Shown here: positions 24,843 through 38,519 of the stretch, in pieces
Numbering within the stretch: position 1 is the first letter of the stretch
How the letters are laid out: every line of letters begins with the position of its first letter
Assembly (NCBI RefSeq): GCF_036321535.1
Contig: NC_087437.1
Location: 55,616,001 to 55,680,000 of the forward strand
Length of the DNA stretch: 64,000 bases
DNA from: Camelus dromedarius
Lineage: Eukaryota
Reading direction: 5' to 3'
Notes under the pieces: generated by a model
The model's input: only the letters and a program-made list of their open reading frames with translations
Told to the model about the DNA's origin: nothing
Databases searched by the model: none
Made by a program: the position numbers and the translations under genes

Positions 24843-26104
24843 GTTTTATATCTGAAAAAAGTTTTGTTTACCTCCTTGCTGGCTACTTCTTTCAGGTCTC
24901 CCATTAGACAATTTTTGACTATTCTATAAAGAGCTAACAAAGAAGATCTTCCTTATATAGCCATAAAATTTAACGTTTCTTAGGGGTTGTCTTTAGGAAG
25001 AAGACATTTCCCATCTTTTCATTCTGACACTTACTGAGTTTCTACTGTGTACAGAGTAGTGTCTAGGGGCAGTTGGCAGAGGGAGGGCTAGATCTGTGAA
25101 CTTGGACAAACCTTTTAAACTCTTTGAGTGTTAATCTTCTTACCTGTAAAAAAGGGATAACAATACCTCCTCAAGGTTCAAAAGTTCTTAAGAAATTCCA
25201 AACATGTTCTTAATGCACGGGCAAATATTATAGAGTACTTTTTAAAAGGCAGCCTTTATCAATGTAGCTGTTGCGTCAAGAAAATAGGACCCGATTGGAG
25301 TGCGATATAACACAATCAGACACACACACACAATATCTAATATGGGATATAGCAGCTGCCTTAAACTAGCATAAGCCAAAGTTATGTCACTTCAAAAGAG
25401 AGACAGACTGTATCTAGTCGCAACAGTGGGGAACGTTCTCTTCTTATTATTCAGTGATTCCACTGTCTCAGCTATGCAGGAACCTCATGGGTGATACCAT
25501 ACTAAGGTTCAGAGAAGTCAGAAAGTCTCTTCAGCCCAGCCATAAGTGGAGTTTTCTGGAATGATACTACACTGGGCAAAAATGGTTTGGCTTCTGGAAA
25601 TGCATCTGGACAATTCAGTCCAGGTATTAGATTTTCTCTGTGTCTTTAATGCTAATACTAGGACCTGCAAAATAATCTGATGGAGAAAGCTAAGGTATGC
25701 AAGATTTCATCAGAGCAGGCTGCACCCATGGCCTCTGGGAATTTTCATCCTGTGGTTCAGAGCCCTGGGTGCCTATCTGGAAATCAAGAGCTCCAGCACC
25801 TCAGTCATCAACCCAGCTCCACACGGCAAAGGAGCATGTTTCCTGCAGTAAATACACCTTGCTGCAGTGAATTGACTCAGATGTGGTATTTTAATTGGCA
25901 TTAAATAGAATTATTATTTAATTAAAGCAGAGTCTAATTAATTTTCTGAGTCATTGTTTTTGCGAAAGACGCTATATTCCAGTCAAAACCAATTTAATTG
26001 AATAACATCAAATACTCAATTTGGTGCCTTCAGGAGGTCTATTTTGTTTCTTTTATTTTCTTATCCAAATGGATGCTTTTATTAGGAATAATGGTAGATA
26101 GGAT

Positions 26105-26490
26105 ATTTAGATTCATTCAAGGACATGGTGGAAAGAGGATTTATGGAATTCCTTTAGCTTGGACACTGTATAGAGAGGGAAACTGAAACCTAGGGAGTGA
26201 AATAGAGTTCTCCAAGATTACACACCTAGTTAGGACTGGTCCAGTTTGGGGACCAATGGCTCCTAACTCTCATTCCAGTACTCATTCCACTGTACTCTAA
26301 AACAGGGGCTTTCTGAAGAGGATATATGTCCTGTCAACATTAATAGCAACTTCATAGACTATTCCTCCAACCCCACAATTTTATTGTTGGGGAAATTGAG
26401 GACCAGTAGGGAAAAAAGACTTAACCACGGTCACACAGCTAAGCTAGGATGAGAGCCCCAGTTGACACTCTAGTAACCTGTCCACTATAA
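26105..26490 (-). mobile_element. Two MIR/MIR3 SINEs
   Basis: gaggggaaactgaaacctagggag...ccaagattacacacctagt; ggggaaattgaggacc...ggtcacacagctaag. Confidence 0.7.
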
Positions 26491-27044
26491 CATGGTTTCT
26501 AGAGCCAGACCTCAAGAGTGAATGATCCTGTTGTTTTGAAGAGCATGGATGTGCCCAGTAGAACCATTGTAATGATAACTATACATTGCAAAATAAAGAC
26601 TTTGGAAAGAAATCTGTTTTCTTTATTTTCTATGAGGAAAAAAAAGTTGAGTGATGCATAAGGGTGACCCACAATCTTCCTTAGGCCTAGGTTTTGCCTA
26701 AGGCAGGTCTCTCTTCCAGAGACCAGTTCGTCTATGAAGTCTTCCATGAAGAGTAAAGCCTATGGCCATTCTTCCCTCATTGACTGTCCCCTTGGCACTT
26801 AAGTGCAGTCTGCATCTCACCTTATAATTCTGAACCTACATATATATTCCTTGCATTTAGTTCTCCGTAATTAGTTTGAAATGTCTCAAAAAGAGGATCT
26901 CAGCTGTTTTCTACTCCTATCCTATCCTCTCAAGTGCTTGATATGTGAACAGTGCTCAACACACTCTCACTATCAGCTCACAGCAATGACTCCCAGGAAG
27001 ACCTGGAATGTAACAGATTAGCAGGGACTAGAGATCTAGAATGT

Positions 27045-27250
27045 GATGGCTGCATACTAGGCATGGAATAGTCTAGATTTAAATCCAGATTCCTGTATTT
27101 ACTGGTATTCTGAGTCTCAATTTCATCATCAGAAAATGGTCATTACAATATTTACTTCATATGTTGTTGCAAGGATGAAATAGGCGAACGGATAAGCCAT
27201 TTGCACAATGCCTGGCAAATAGCAGGTACTCAAGCAATAAATCCTACTAT
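27045..27250 (+). mobile_element. MIR SINE
   Basis: tctgagtctcaatttcatcatcagaaaatgg...acaatgcctggcaaatagcaggtactcaa. Confidence 0.8.
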
Positions 27251-28514
27251 CCATATTGCCTCAGAGGAGACAGGTAAAAATGCCTTGCAACTTCCTTGTT
27301 ATTGGAAGGCAAGGACCCCAGTCATAGTGAGTTTTTTGTTCTTTGCAACTTTGCCAAATATGTTGGGCAGGTAGAGAGAACCAAGCTTGATGCTTCTATT
27401 TTGTCACATTCTTTGTCTGAAATTATTCATCAATATGCAGTTCTCTGATTTTTTATTTTTTATTTTTTTTAAGAAGAAGGGGCTCCTGCAAAGCCCATGG
27501 GTTTTTCTCAATTCTAATTTAGATTGCCATTTTTTTCTAACTAAATCAAGACAAGGATGGAGATAATGGTGAGTCACTGTAAAAAGCTCCTGGGCATATT
27601 TCTATCTTTCACACAGAGGAAGGAAGGTCAGTGTGCTCCTATTAGGTCAGGGTGGAGCCAACAGTCTGGTCTCATGTCACAAACTTAGCTGGAGTGAGGA
27701 AACCTGCCCTTGCCTGAATGGTTGTCTTCATGCGTTCACCCTTGGCGGTGAGTTACAGGTTATACATAATCCCCAGCCATGCCCTGGGGAAGGAATGGCT
27801 GCTGCCAAGTTCCCCCTTCAAGAGCACGTGTGTGACTCTCCTGTACTACATATCAGGGTAAGGCATGGGCGGCTGGGTGTGTGGAGAAGGGAGGTAGGTA
27901 AAATCTGTCAGCAATGGTTGCATCAAGAGTTTTATGGGTTTTCCTATACCCAGACCTCCCAAATTTGGGTTACTGAATTGCCTGGGTTTATTTCAATGAT
28001 CAGTCTGAATCTGCAGGTCTCAGCCAAGGGCTCAGGGGACATTGTAAGTTCTGTGCCAGGGGAAACAGCCCTTGATGAACTTCAGGGACAACCCCATGAA
28101 GAAACAGGAGTCTTCCTTAAAAGGCCTGAAGGGGATTGCAAAATCCAGGGTATAGGGAGTGGAGAGTAAGCTATGGATCCATCTACAGACAAGCAAGGAC
28201 AAGGCTGCAACAAATAAGGAACTCCCGTGCAGAAGAGTTTAACTCCTCAGACATGGGTGTTGAGAGCGAGGGAAGAACATGGTTATTCGCACAGGATCTG
28301 GCTATAAACCTTGATGTTCCAGAGCAGCTCTACCAGGAAGGGTTCCCACAGATGAGGTGTGGCTGGATCAGACTGTTTTCTGTAAGAGTGAGGAAGACTC
28401 AGCTGCTCTTTGCCCAATCTTATCTAAAGTGAGATCTCACCTCCTCTTCTCCCGCACCCACACTAAGAGGAAGCATCAAGACTTTCCCAATGGCAGGAAC
28501 AAAGAAGAATCCAC

Positions 28515-29140
28515 TTATGTAGCAAAACAAAGCAGTCAAATCATGAGTTTTGGAATAAGGAAAAACCGGTTTTGAATCTCAGTTCTTCTCTAACTAGCAA
28601 GTGACTTCAGGCGAGTGACTTAATCTCAGCCTCCATTTTCTCAGCTACAAAGGAAAGAGTGAATCTACCACAGGGTGTTGATGTGAGGATCAAATTAGAC
28701 CAGATATGTGAACACACACTCTATAAAGCATTGCTAATGAGAGAGAGATTACTCTCTCCTCCTAACTTAGCCAATTTCTTTTTCACTCATTTTCAGTGTT
28801 TATAAATACTGAATGATGATTAAGTCAAATGAAGGCAGGGAGTAGAGATATCTAAGTAATAAAAAAGTGAAAGGATCTTCCTCCAATAAAAGCTTAAATT
28901 TCCTTTCCTCTGGGGCAAAGGAAATGGTAAATGGGATTAATAACTGATATTTTTTCCCGTGTGTGGGGTGTTTTGCATGCACTATTTCATGTGATCCTTA
29001 CAAAACCACTTTTGAGTGGGTATATCCATTTCCATTCTGCAGGTGATGCAACTGAACCTCAAAGAAGTCCAGTTACCTACCCAAGGTTGTGCAATTAGCA
29101 AGAGAATCTATGACTTCCAGCCCCAAGCCCTTTTCACTCT
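28515..29140. mobile_element. Two MIRs in opposite orientation (+ 28515-28735; - 28930-29140)
   Basis: agtgacttcaggcgagtgacttaatctcagcctcc; gtgatccttacaaaacc...cccaaggttgtgcaattag. Confidence 0.7.
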
Positions 29141-30019
29141 GCTGTCTTAAGCAGTTCACAGGTCCTTTGGGATGACAGAGCAAACATATACAACATACAG
29201 TGGTCCAAGAAATTGCAAAGGGGAGAGGGGCACTGATTTAAGAAGTCTTCCTGGAGGAAATTTGAGGTGGATTTTGAAGAGTATATAAAATTTGAGCCAG
29301 TCCAAGAAAGTGGGACTATATTCCAGACCTGGGGAAAAGAATAAACAAGGGCTCAGAAATCATAAGATCTAGACACTGTTCAAGGAACTGTGTCCGAATG
29401 TGTGCTAAATATCTCAAGTCCTGAAGGAACCATCTTCACAATGCGTAAAGCCCTGAGTCCTTTTCCTGGTTCCCTGTGATAGAAAATGCCAGATCCCACT
29501 TAGAACAAGAAACCCTCGGGTTTCAGGGATCAGTGGGAAGATGACTTGCAATTCTTACTGCCTAGACGATTTAAGGATTGTGTGAGGTCCCTACAGAGGC
29601 TGCCTTGATGAGTCTTGAAGAGAAGAGAGATCCCATCCTTACTGCAATTCAAGCATACTTTAAAAAAAGTTAACTTATTTTAATTATTTATACTTAGGAG
29701 TAATATTTTAAGTTTGAAAACCACTGATCCAAGAACAAGCCCCAGTCTTTTGTAGAAGGAAGCACAAGCCCAGAGAGGGAAAGTAATTTGCCTAGAGTCA
29801 CAGAAGAGTTTCTTGGAAAGCACAAACTAGAGCTCTAGGACCATTTCTCCTACTTAAATGAGCCTCGTCCTGAGTCTACAGCCAGTCCAAATTTCAAGGT
29901 ACCATTTTGTTCCAGGGTCAGTTTTTATATTTTAAGAATCTACTGAGTTGGAATGTTCATCCAAATGCCTGAATTGCCCCTAAAGCATTATCAGCAATGG
30001 ACTCTCAGCTCAGCCTCAG

Positions 30020-30560
30020 TTTTGATGCTGTCTGAGAAGTCTTTTCTATTGTTAGATGGTTTCTATTGTTTATAAAGTGCTTCTCTATACTGAACCTCAT
30101 CTTGCCTTCCTGAAACTTTCTCCCGTTAGTGTTAGTTCTAATTTCTCTTTTCCCAAAGAGCCATTTACATTTCTGCATGAGCTCTATCTGATCCAACTAG
30201 AACATCCTTGAAAGCCTTCATTCCTTTTTCTTCAGGCATGGTTTTGTCACCTTAGCTACCTAACCAAATTCCTCCTAGAACTTTCCCGGATGTTTGCTTT
30301 TCTTGAAAGATCTTGTAGCTAGAACTATTCCCTTGGTATGGTCTGACCACAACATGCCATACTTCCTCTGTTTGGGAACGCCCTACCATCAATGTAGCCT
30401 ACATGTGTACAATTTTTTTTTTCAAGTGACCACACCATTGCGGTTTACAAAAAAAAGCCCTGAATCTTTCACCTGTGCCTCCGCTAATCACATTACCTCC
30501 CTTTGTGCTTCTGCATCTCTTTTTATGATCTAACTGCAGAGCAGTTTCATGGTCCCTTTT
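30020..30560 (-). mobile_element. L3/CR1 LINE 3' fragment
   Basis: ORF 30005-30196(-) IRTNTNGRKFQEGKMRFSIEKHF resembles the CR1 ORF2 C-terminus RTRGNGLKLQQGRFRLDIRKNF. Confidence 0.75.
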
Positions 30561-31779
30561 AAGTTTTGAAATATCAGATGTGACTTGTTTTCCTTCCTGA
30601 GAAATGCTTCCTTGGGCCCTGCATGTCACCCTCTATGCCATCCTTTGTTTATCTCTGAGCTTATCCTTTGTAACTTTGTAACTTTATCGGTTTCTCTCCC
30701 TCTTTTCTTTTTAGTTATCTGTAAGCCTGCAGCAAAACTTTGATTTCAGGCACTTAGCTACAAAGAGAGCCAGAGGAGATGGGAGTAAAGAAGGGGAATG
30801 TGAAATTGAGATTTCCTCCTGCCAAAGCAGAGCTCTTGCCAGCCGCTTTTGGTTCTTGCTGCTTTTGATGACTCGACCTGATTCATCAACGCATTTAAGA
30901 TATGAGGGCCTAAAGGTTTCACTTCTCTCCTACCATCTAATTTTCACTCCATCTGCACTAATGATAATAATAATAATGTTGTGACCACCTGGAAATCATT
31001 TCACATCCCCATAATTACCATCTCCTCTGTAAACCAATTTTGTGAATCAAGTTCCTTCTTTGGGAGAAAATTTCAAGGAACCTCATTTCAGGGAATTTGT
31101 TTAAAAATATTTTCAGAGCTATCAAGAGTAAGGAATAAAATGTGGCCTCAAGATGGATTAAGAACTTTATTGGGTAGAAACTACAGTGCCCCATATTTCA
31201 CTTTAATATAGAGAAAAGAACTCCAGCAGAGGCAGTGCTATGTGTAAGTGTTGCCGGTTGCCTTGCAGAAAGATGAGTTTCTGATCAAAGAACAAGCTCA
31301 GGCAGAAGCTGGATTTCATTTCAAAGGTTATGTGGAAGATTCGGCATCAGAAAGAACATTTGATAACATTTCCTATAAGGTCCTTATCACTCCGAAATTC
31401 AGGAACTCTGTAGGGGTGGAAAAACAGGAAAGGAGAAGAAAGAAAACACTTACGTATTGTGGCACAGCGAAAATACATGTTCTACCTTTTAAGACCCTCA
31501 CCTTCATGGTAGCAAAATTCTAAGCTCAAGAATGGCCCCTGGGATATCCTCTCTGAAAGGTTACAGGTGAGATGCCCAGTGTTGTTGTACTAGCAGGACC
31601 ATTCTAGTTAATACCAAATAATGCACTTGGACTTCCTCTTCCCACTTTTCCAAATGTCTGGAGTGGGTGGGGGGACAGGAGAACTAGAAAGAGAGAAAAC
31701 TGGGTTTGACAACTCATAGCTCTTCATATTGCCTTGTTTGTTTTTCAGTAGCTTAATACTACCGAATTATACTCTCATT

Positions 31780-31975
31780 CATTATGCACATGACGTGAGT
31801 GGACAAAAGAGCTATGTTCATCACAGACACTTGGGGACAAAGGCTGATGGAAGCTACATTTTGATACATACTTCCAGGACTGCACAGACAACAGAAGAAC
31901 AGGGTGAATCATGTCCTGACTCTTGAAACTTCTGCCCAGATTCTCGGAAGATAGCAGTGGTGTCACAGCACTTAG
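31780..31975 (-). mobile_element. Old MLT1 (J/K-like) LTR fragment
   Basis: acttggggacaaaggctgatggaagc...ctcttgaaacttctgcccaga. Confidence 0.55.
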
Positions 31976-32194
31976 TCTGGTAATTCTCCGCTTTCCCATC
32001 CCACCCCCACCAAGGGATTATTAAGCATTCCAGAGAGAATATCTTTTATATTTCAAGAGAAATATAATCAAAGAAATTTTTTTTCCTTGTGACTCGGACC
32101 CATAAAACAGCATCACCCAGAATTTACATTTTCCATTCTCCTAACTCTTGGAGATTGGAGAGAGACTGTACATTTTCTCCATACATTTTCAGTT

Positions 32195-32372
32195 AGGAAC
32201 GTTGCATCTTAGAAAGTTAGATCTGGAAAGATCCTTAGAGACCATTGATCTCACTCTGTAAGGGTGGAAACGGAGGCTCAGCAAGAAAGACGGACTGCTG
32301 AGGAGCACGGGGATCGGCCGAGGAGCCTTTATGACACAGATCGCTCGATGCTCTTCCCACGGCTCGCTCTAA
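32195..32372 (-). mobile_element. MIR3-like SINE
   Basis: agaaagttagatctggaaagatccttagagaccatt...ggaaacggaggctcag. Confidence 0.65.
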
Positions 32373-33939
32373 AACGTTTGTCATCCATGCTCAGCACTAC
32401 TGGCAGGTGTGGTTTTAGGATGCGTACCACCTAGTGTATACACTTGCGCAGTAACTGAGTGCAGTCAGGGAAGCCGTGAGTGTAAATAGTTACCCACAGG
32501 ACTTGTTTTGTTTTGTTTTGTTTTGGGGGGCTTTTTTGACAAGGTCGGGCTAAGTAGCTAAAGAACAGAAGGACATCAGACTTGTGATTGGGAAGGAGAT
32601 TCCCATTAAATGTGGAACAAAGGTCAGCAAAAAAAAACCAAGGGGAAAGGACAAGCTAAATAATACCACAGGGATCAGTTCTTTTGACTGTGCGTGCCGA
32701 CGGTAGGGGTGCACGGCAGTATTTTGCCACGTGCATACGTGCAGCCTAATTGGAACATTGTCACTGAGCTGACTGACACATGGTAGAATACTTTGCATGT
32801 TTATGAGCTATTGTCAATGCTGCCAACTTGATTATAAAGGAGCTTTGTTCCAAAGGCTTTGTTAATTGAGGCATCACTGTAATGTTACAGATGGCTTATA
32901 AAAGATGCCGATGAATTTGGAAAGTATAGTACCAAGATGCCTGGTTCATCACCCACCAAGCTCTTCAAATCCCACAGCTGGGGTCATTTAACTCTGTCTG
33001 CGAGGTGAGCACTGTCCCCAAGTCTGGGGCCAAAGTCCGTTCACTTTTCCGTGTGTTTATCCGTTCATTTATCTATCCATACATTCAACAAGTACAACAT
33101 ACTTGTATTAGAAACATCGTTACATCCCGCCCCAGTCAGTTGGCATGTACTAAGTTTGACCAGACCTCTTCTATATAATCTTTCTGTTAGCAATGTGTTC
33201 TTGATGCCAGTCTACCTACATACTTGTTTCTAAGTTTATCAGATTAGTGCTCATCTATGGTAGCATTTCCTCAGTACTCGATGCCTTGAGATATTATCAT
33301 TAAAAATTAAATGCATAATGAAGTAAATATGGACTTCCATTCCTCATTTTTATTTTATTGATATTTTGAAAGATATAAGAAAAAATATAACAAAAGAAAA
33401 AGATAGCAGAAATTTATACTATCCTTCAAGGTTTGGTAAATGTTTGGTCATTGTCATCTGTTGTCAATGCAAATATATTTTTATTCTATTGTCATGTCAT
33501 GCTATCACCTTGGCTTTTAATGTCTGTTGTAATAAATTATCTCAGCATGTTAGATAAAATCTTTCTAGATAATCTCAAATAAAATGTTTCATTGAAAAAT
33601 TCCATATTATCAAACTTTTTTCTGTGTAAGTAACATATATGCTTTTTTCTTTTTGATAATGAGATTTATGATTGGATAATGTTTCCTTTTTTGCCTTGGC
33701 TGCCTGGATACAGATTCAGATGGGATGCTATGCTTATTCATAGAAACATATCAACCCTTCCATTTTAAACATTTGTTTATTTTTACTTGCTACTGAATTT
33801 TGTATTTATATTTAGTAAATAAATTTCACAAATGGCCTTTTTTCTTTCTAAGCCATCTCAAAATCTAACTAAAATTGAAAATAAATTAAATGAATATAGA
33901 TTAGAAAATAAACATGTGTTACACATTAAAGTTGTCTAA

Positions 33940-35345
33940 TAACTTCTGGGTTTCAGTCATGATAGAATAGTTTCTATTACACTGAAGATAAATGCAACTA
34001 TTAAAATAAGTACATTTTATATGTATATATAAAACAAGTATTCAGAAGCATTTAAGGACAAATAATGGAGGCATGATCTGAGGGCAATGAACCCTGAAAG
34101 AATAAAAGCACAAGTATTCAGCTTCAAGTTCACCTGGTAGTTTCCCTGGAAAGACGTTCTCATTTGCACTGCAGGGCAGCTGGGGGTGGGTGATGAAGCG
34201 CCTGAGCAGGGAGCAACAGTCTCAGCAGGTAGAGGAGCCAGGGGTTGGAGTCTGTGGCTACCAAAGTGGCTAGCATTGAAAGTTAAAAAATTACAGAGAA
34301 GTGGAAACTCTACAAATGAACTCCAGCATATAATATAAATATGTCATTGGAATTTTGGCCATCTCCAAAGCTGGACACGTGTATGACTTGAAGTCCAGAA
34401 GGAAAAAATGCAGAAGAAAGCAGTAGGTTGGAGACTACAGACGTGGTCAGTGATTTAAATAACCATAAAGTGTCGGGAACACAGAGACTGAGGTTCAAGC
34501 CCCACCCAGGTGAAGAAGCCTTGGTGAATACTCAGGCTTTCAGTTGAGAGCCCAGAAAGGACCATGACTAGGAGAAAGGACTATGCATGGAGACCAAGGG
34601 CTATGCCTTCATGGTACGGGCAAAGCTGAGATAGACCCGACCTAACAAAGTCTGAAACCAGTCCTTGACAGGATCAAGGGGACGTGCAGATGCTCTAAGT
34701 GTCTGCCAGAGAAAATCTTATTCCTCTTTAGAGAAAGATAACATTATTCAGAATCTCTAAAGTGCTTTACCCAAAATATCTGAAATCAAATTAAAAATGA
34801 CAAAACCTGGTAAAAACAGAATCAAATGACCAAAATCTTAGAGAAAAAAGCAGATAATTAAAGCAAAGCCATAATGTAATTATCAGTTGGAGATTTATAA
34901 CTAGAATTAATATGTAAGAAAATAGAGAAAAAGATAAATAATTTCACCAGTAACTTAAAATTTATAAAAAGGTCAAATGAAAAATGTAGACCTATAAAAT
35001 ACAAAATGAACTTACAAATTCATTAATGGATGGGATTGATAGCAGATTAGATCCAAAATAATGGAATGCAGTGAACTAAATGACAGATCAGTAGAAAATA
35101 TCCAATCGACACACCATAAAGAAAAAGATAAAAAAGAAACATATGAGAAACATTTAAAAAAATATATAACAAATAGTTGGAATACAGAAGTAGAGTTTAT
35201 GAGGGAGGGAAATAGGGAGAGAGAGAGAAAGAAAGAAAAAAAAATCAGTAATATTGCAAGTGACTCTGGCTATTTTTCAAAACAAGTGAAAGACATGAAA
35301 CCACAGATGCAATCAACTCTATGAACCTCAAACCACATAAAGTCA
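33940..35345 (+). mobile_element. Old L1M/HAL1 5' region and ORF1 remnant
   Basis: ORF 35061-35324 (SELNDRSVENIQS...FSKQVKDMKPQMQ) resembles L1 ORF1 SELEDRSIEIIQS...FPNLMKDINLQIQ. Confidence 0.7.
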
Positions 35346-37014
35346 AAGAAGAATATCTAATTTCACAGGAGGAAGCACAGGGCTCATGGTATGTAAGCTT
35401 ATTTCAACACTGTGGAGCATTACATAGCACCTTGAGACCAGATATGAGCCTGGATTTAAAAAGCTGCTGCAATACCTCTAGTAAACCACCATGTTTAGCA
35501 CAATCTTATCTAGTGAGAATTGGAGGGCTGGACCTAAACTAGAATTCTAGCCTCTGAAGCTGTGGATCAGCCTGGCCAGTTGTTTGAGGCGTATGAAGTC
35601 AAAGGAACCTGGAAGACCATATTCAGGGGTAAGGCATTTATCTGAATAGTCTGTGTAAAGGCAGAAATCAGATTCCTAGATCTCCATGCATCTATGGGAT
35701 GGTACTTGGAAGTCTCAGATTGAGTCAGCTCTTGGGAGGTGCCAAGTAGAAGGCAGATCCTAGAAGAAGATCTCAAGGTTTAGAGGCATTAACTGCTAAG
35801 GATTTGTATGGGGTAGCATGATCTAGATCACAGCAAAGCTCAAGCAGATTTAAATATTACCCAAGTGTACCTCTGAGTCCCTCTAGCTCCTCAACCTTCT
35901 TTCCACTGTCCAGTCTTTAAATTTGGAACTTGCTTCAACATTATATTCACCTCCTCAGATCTCCATCTCTCCCTACTTCTATTTCAATCTTGCACGCCTA
36001 ATTATCTTGTTGATTGGTTCTTATTTTCCCAGTCTTTGTTTTTAGAATTTGCCTCCTGTCTAAATTTTGACTAATTCCTGGCTGCTACCAGCCATTTCAC
36101 TGTCTCAACTTCATACCTGTATTCAACTTGGCCTAAAAATGTAGTCAAAAATCTTGGATTTCAGACTCTATGAACTCTCTAGACCCATCAGTTCCCATAA
36201 TTTACCAGGGCCTTGGATTTATCACCATGGCCTGATTTCTCAGAGGAGGACCCCTCTGCTCTTTTTAAACCACTATCCTCATTTTGAACCTGGAGTACTC
36301 TGAGAAAATAATGAATTAATAACCCTTTATTCAGAAGCGGAAGAACACCCTGAGTGAATAATGATGCGAGTTCAAACCAGTAATAGGAATGGCAGTAGTG
36401 CTGGCAGTAGTGAAAGAAACGTTCAGTGAAGCCTGGGAACTTCTTCCTTATGAGCTGCTGTGGGGGTTGCAGATTAAGGAGATTTCCAAAGCCAAATCAT
36501 GAATTGGTTCTGCAGTGCTGGTCCATATTTTAGAGTTCTTTCAAGAGAGTTTCCTGTCTTGAGGGGCACTGAGCCAGGCCCCATTATCAATCTCTTTGGT
36601 AGCTGGTTTTGTCATTGCCTGGGAAAAATACTGAATTTGAAAATTGATTATGCAACTTTTTGTGCTTTCTTCATTTTTGAATGTATTTATTTCCCTCAAC
36701 AATGACTGTAACACCTTTATATAATTCATATGCATATGCTTCTGGGACTATTGTTGAAGGAAGAATTTTTTTTAACATCATGAACAAATGGATAAGATCT
36801 CATCCCCAAAACACACAGCTGAGGAGGAGCAGTATGTGGAAGAGGTGAAAAGAATCATCTGGAGTCCTAAGACCTTATGTCTGAGAATCAAATTTGTCTT
36901 TTATTTTTACTTTGGAGGAAGTGCTTAGTGGCTGGCAGTCCCAGGAGAGTTTGATAATACTTGTTTAATCAGCTGTATACAAATACCCTCTGCAGCACAG
37001 CTGGAGAAGGTGCT

Positions 37015-37380
37015 GGAACAATGGAAGAGAGGTCGTGGACTCTAATTCTAAGCCTACCTCTAATTGGCTCTGGGACTTTGAACAATGCATTTAATCTCTA
37101 TAGGCTTCAGTCTTTCCTCTTGTAAAATGAGAACACTGACTCGGTTAAAAGTTAACATTTATTAGACATTACATGTCAGATACTATTCTAAGCACCTTAT
37201 ATTAAAGTTATTTAATTATTACAATAATCCTAAGAGGAATGCAGTTCTGTTACTGAACCATTTAGCAGATGAGGAGACCACAGGACGTAAAGTTTAAGTA
37301 ATTAACCCAAAGTCTAACAGCTCCTAAGGGGGCAAATTAGTCCAGCTCCCAAATCCATTCTCTTAGTTATTCTGCTCTTC
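37015..37380. mobile_element. Adjacent MIRs, + then - orientation
   Basis: aggcttcagtctttcctcttgtaaaatgag; ccatttagcagatgaggagaccac. Confidence 0.7.
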
Positions 37381-38519
37381 TGCCTCTTTATACTTCTCCC
37401 CACTGTTTTCAATGGTCTCTAAAGCCTTTATTCTCATTAATGTCAGATATAAAATGACCAAAACTCCTGATTGTGAAGACTACTCTATTAATTGAATAAG
37501 CTTGTCTTTTAAGGACTTTCCAAAGTGAGCTTTAATATGGGTGGCAAAAATACATCTGCAGAATCTGGCAATTAAATATTAGTATTTAATCTTCCTACCA
37601 GCTTTTGAGGTCATCACAAGTAAATTTTTTAAGATCAGCACATATATAAATTCAAATGTCCATTAGGAAGCATACACACCATCTGATGCAGCTGTCTCTG
37701 CTATATAGAGAACCTAATTGAATGTCTAATCAGTAGAACACGTGCTGAATTTTACTGTTGTGCTTCTATTACTTTGTGATCTGAGATTTGCACTAGATAT
37801 TTGTAAAAAGCTTATGCTTCATTTTCTGTTGAGAAAGTTGGTGCTTATTTTTGGTCCCACAGTTGATGTTTTAAATCCTTCTTCAGTTCAGTTCAGGTTT
37901 GATGAGGTTTTTTTGTTTGTTTTTTCTTTTTTTTTCCTTCCCCTGGACTTTGCTCTTGGATTTGAACTGCAATCTCGTGAATTTGCTCTTTTGTGAAAGT
38001 CCAGGAATTTTTGGTGAGAGGCAAGTAGGGAATCTCTAAACTGTTTCCCTTTCAGCACTTATAAAAAAAGCCACATGAGCTCATTTACTTTTTTTCAGAA
38101 ATGTCCAGATCTAGCTTCCAGAAAACATTCCCTCACATGCCTCACGTGTCAGATGCCAAGAATCACTTGTTTTCTGGGAGCCTCCTGTTTTAGGACTGTG
38201 TACCACCTCGAGACTTCCTGGGCACTTAAGCTCATAATTCACTGGTTGCTTTGAAATGCATAAAAATTTTGAAAACTAAAGGATTTGTTCAAAAATTCTG
38301 AATTTACCACCGAGTAAAAGTCCTCCTTCTCTCAGGTGACTACCCCATCTTTAGAATATTGAAAGAGTAATGAGAGAAAGTCTACATGAACAGCTAAGCT
38401 TTTCCTCATTCACGAATAGTTTTCATACACACATTATTCAAGTTCAGAGATGAAGATGGCATTGTGATCCAAATTATGTTATTTTTCTGAGAATACACAG
38501 ATCTATTTCCCATACATAG

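Noticed and set aside
27633..28169. Longest ORF in the window (178 aa)
   Set aside because: Non-ATG (GTG) start, no recognisable domain, no convincing splice or promoter context; the region may partly be an old LTR
31248..31523. 91-aa ORF with nearby splice-like signals
   Set aside because: No homology recognised; donor and acceptor signals are weak or on inconsistent strands
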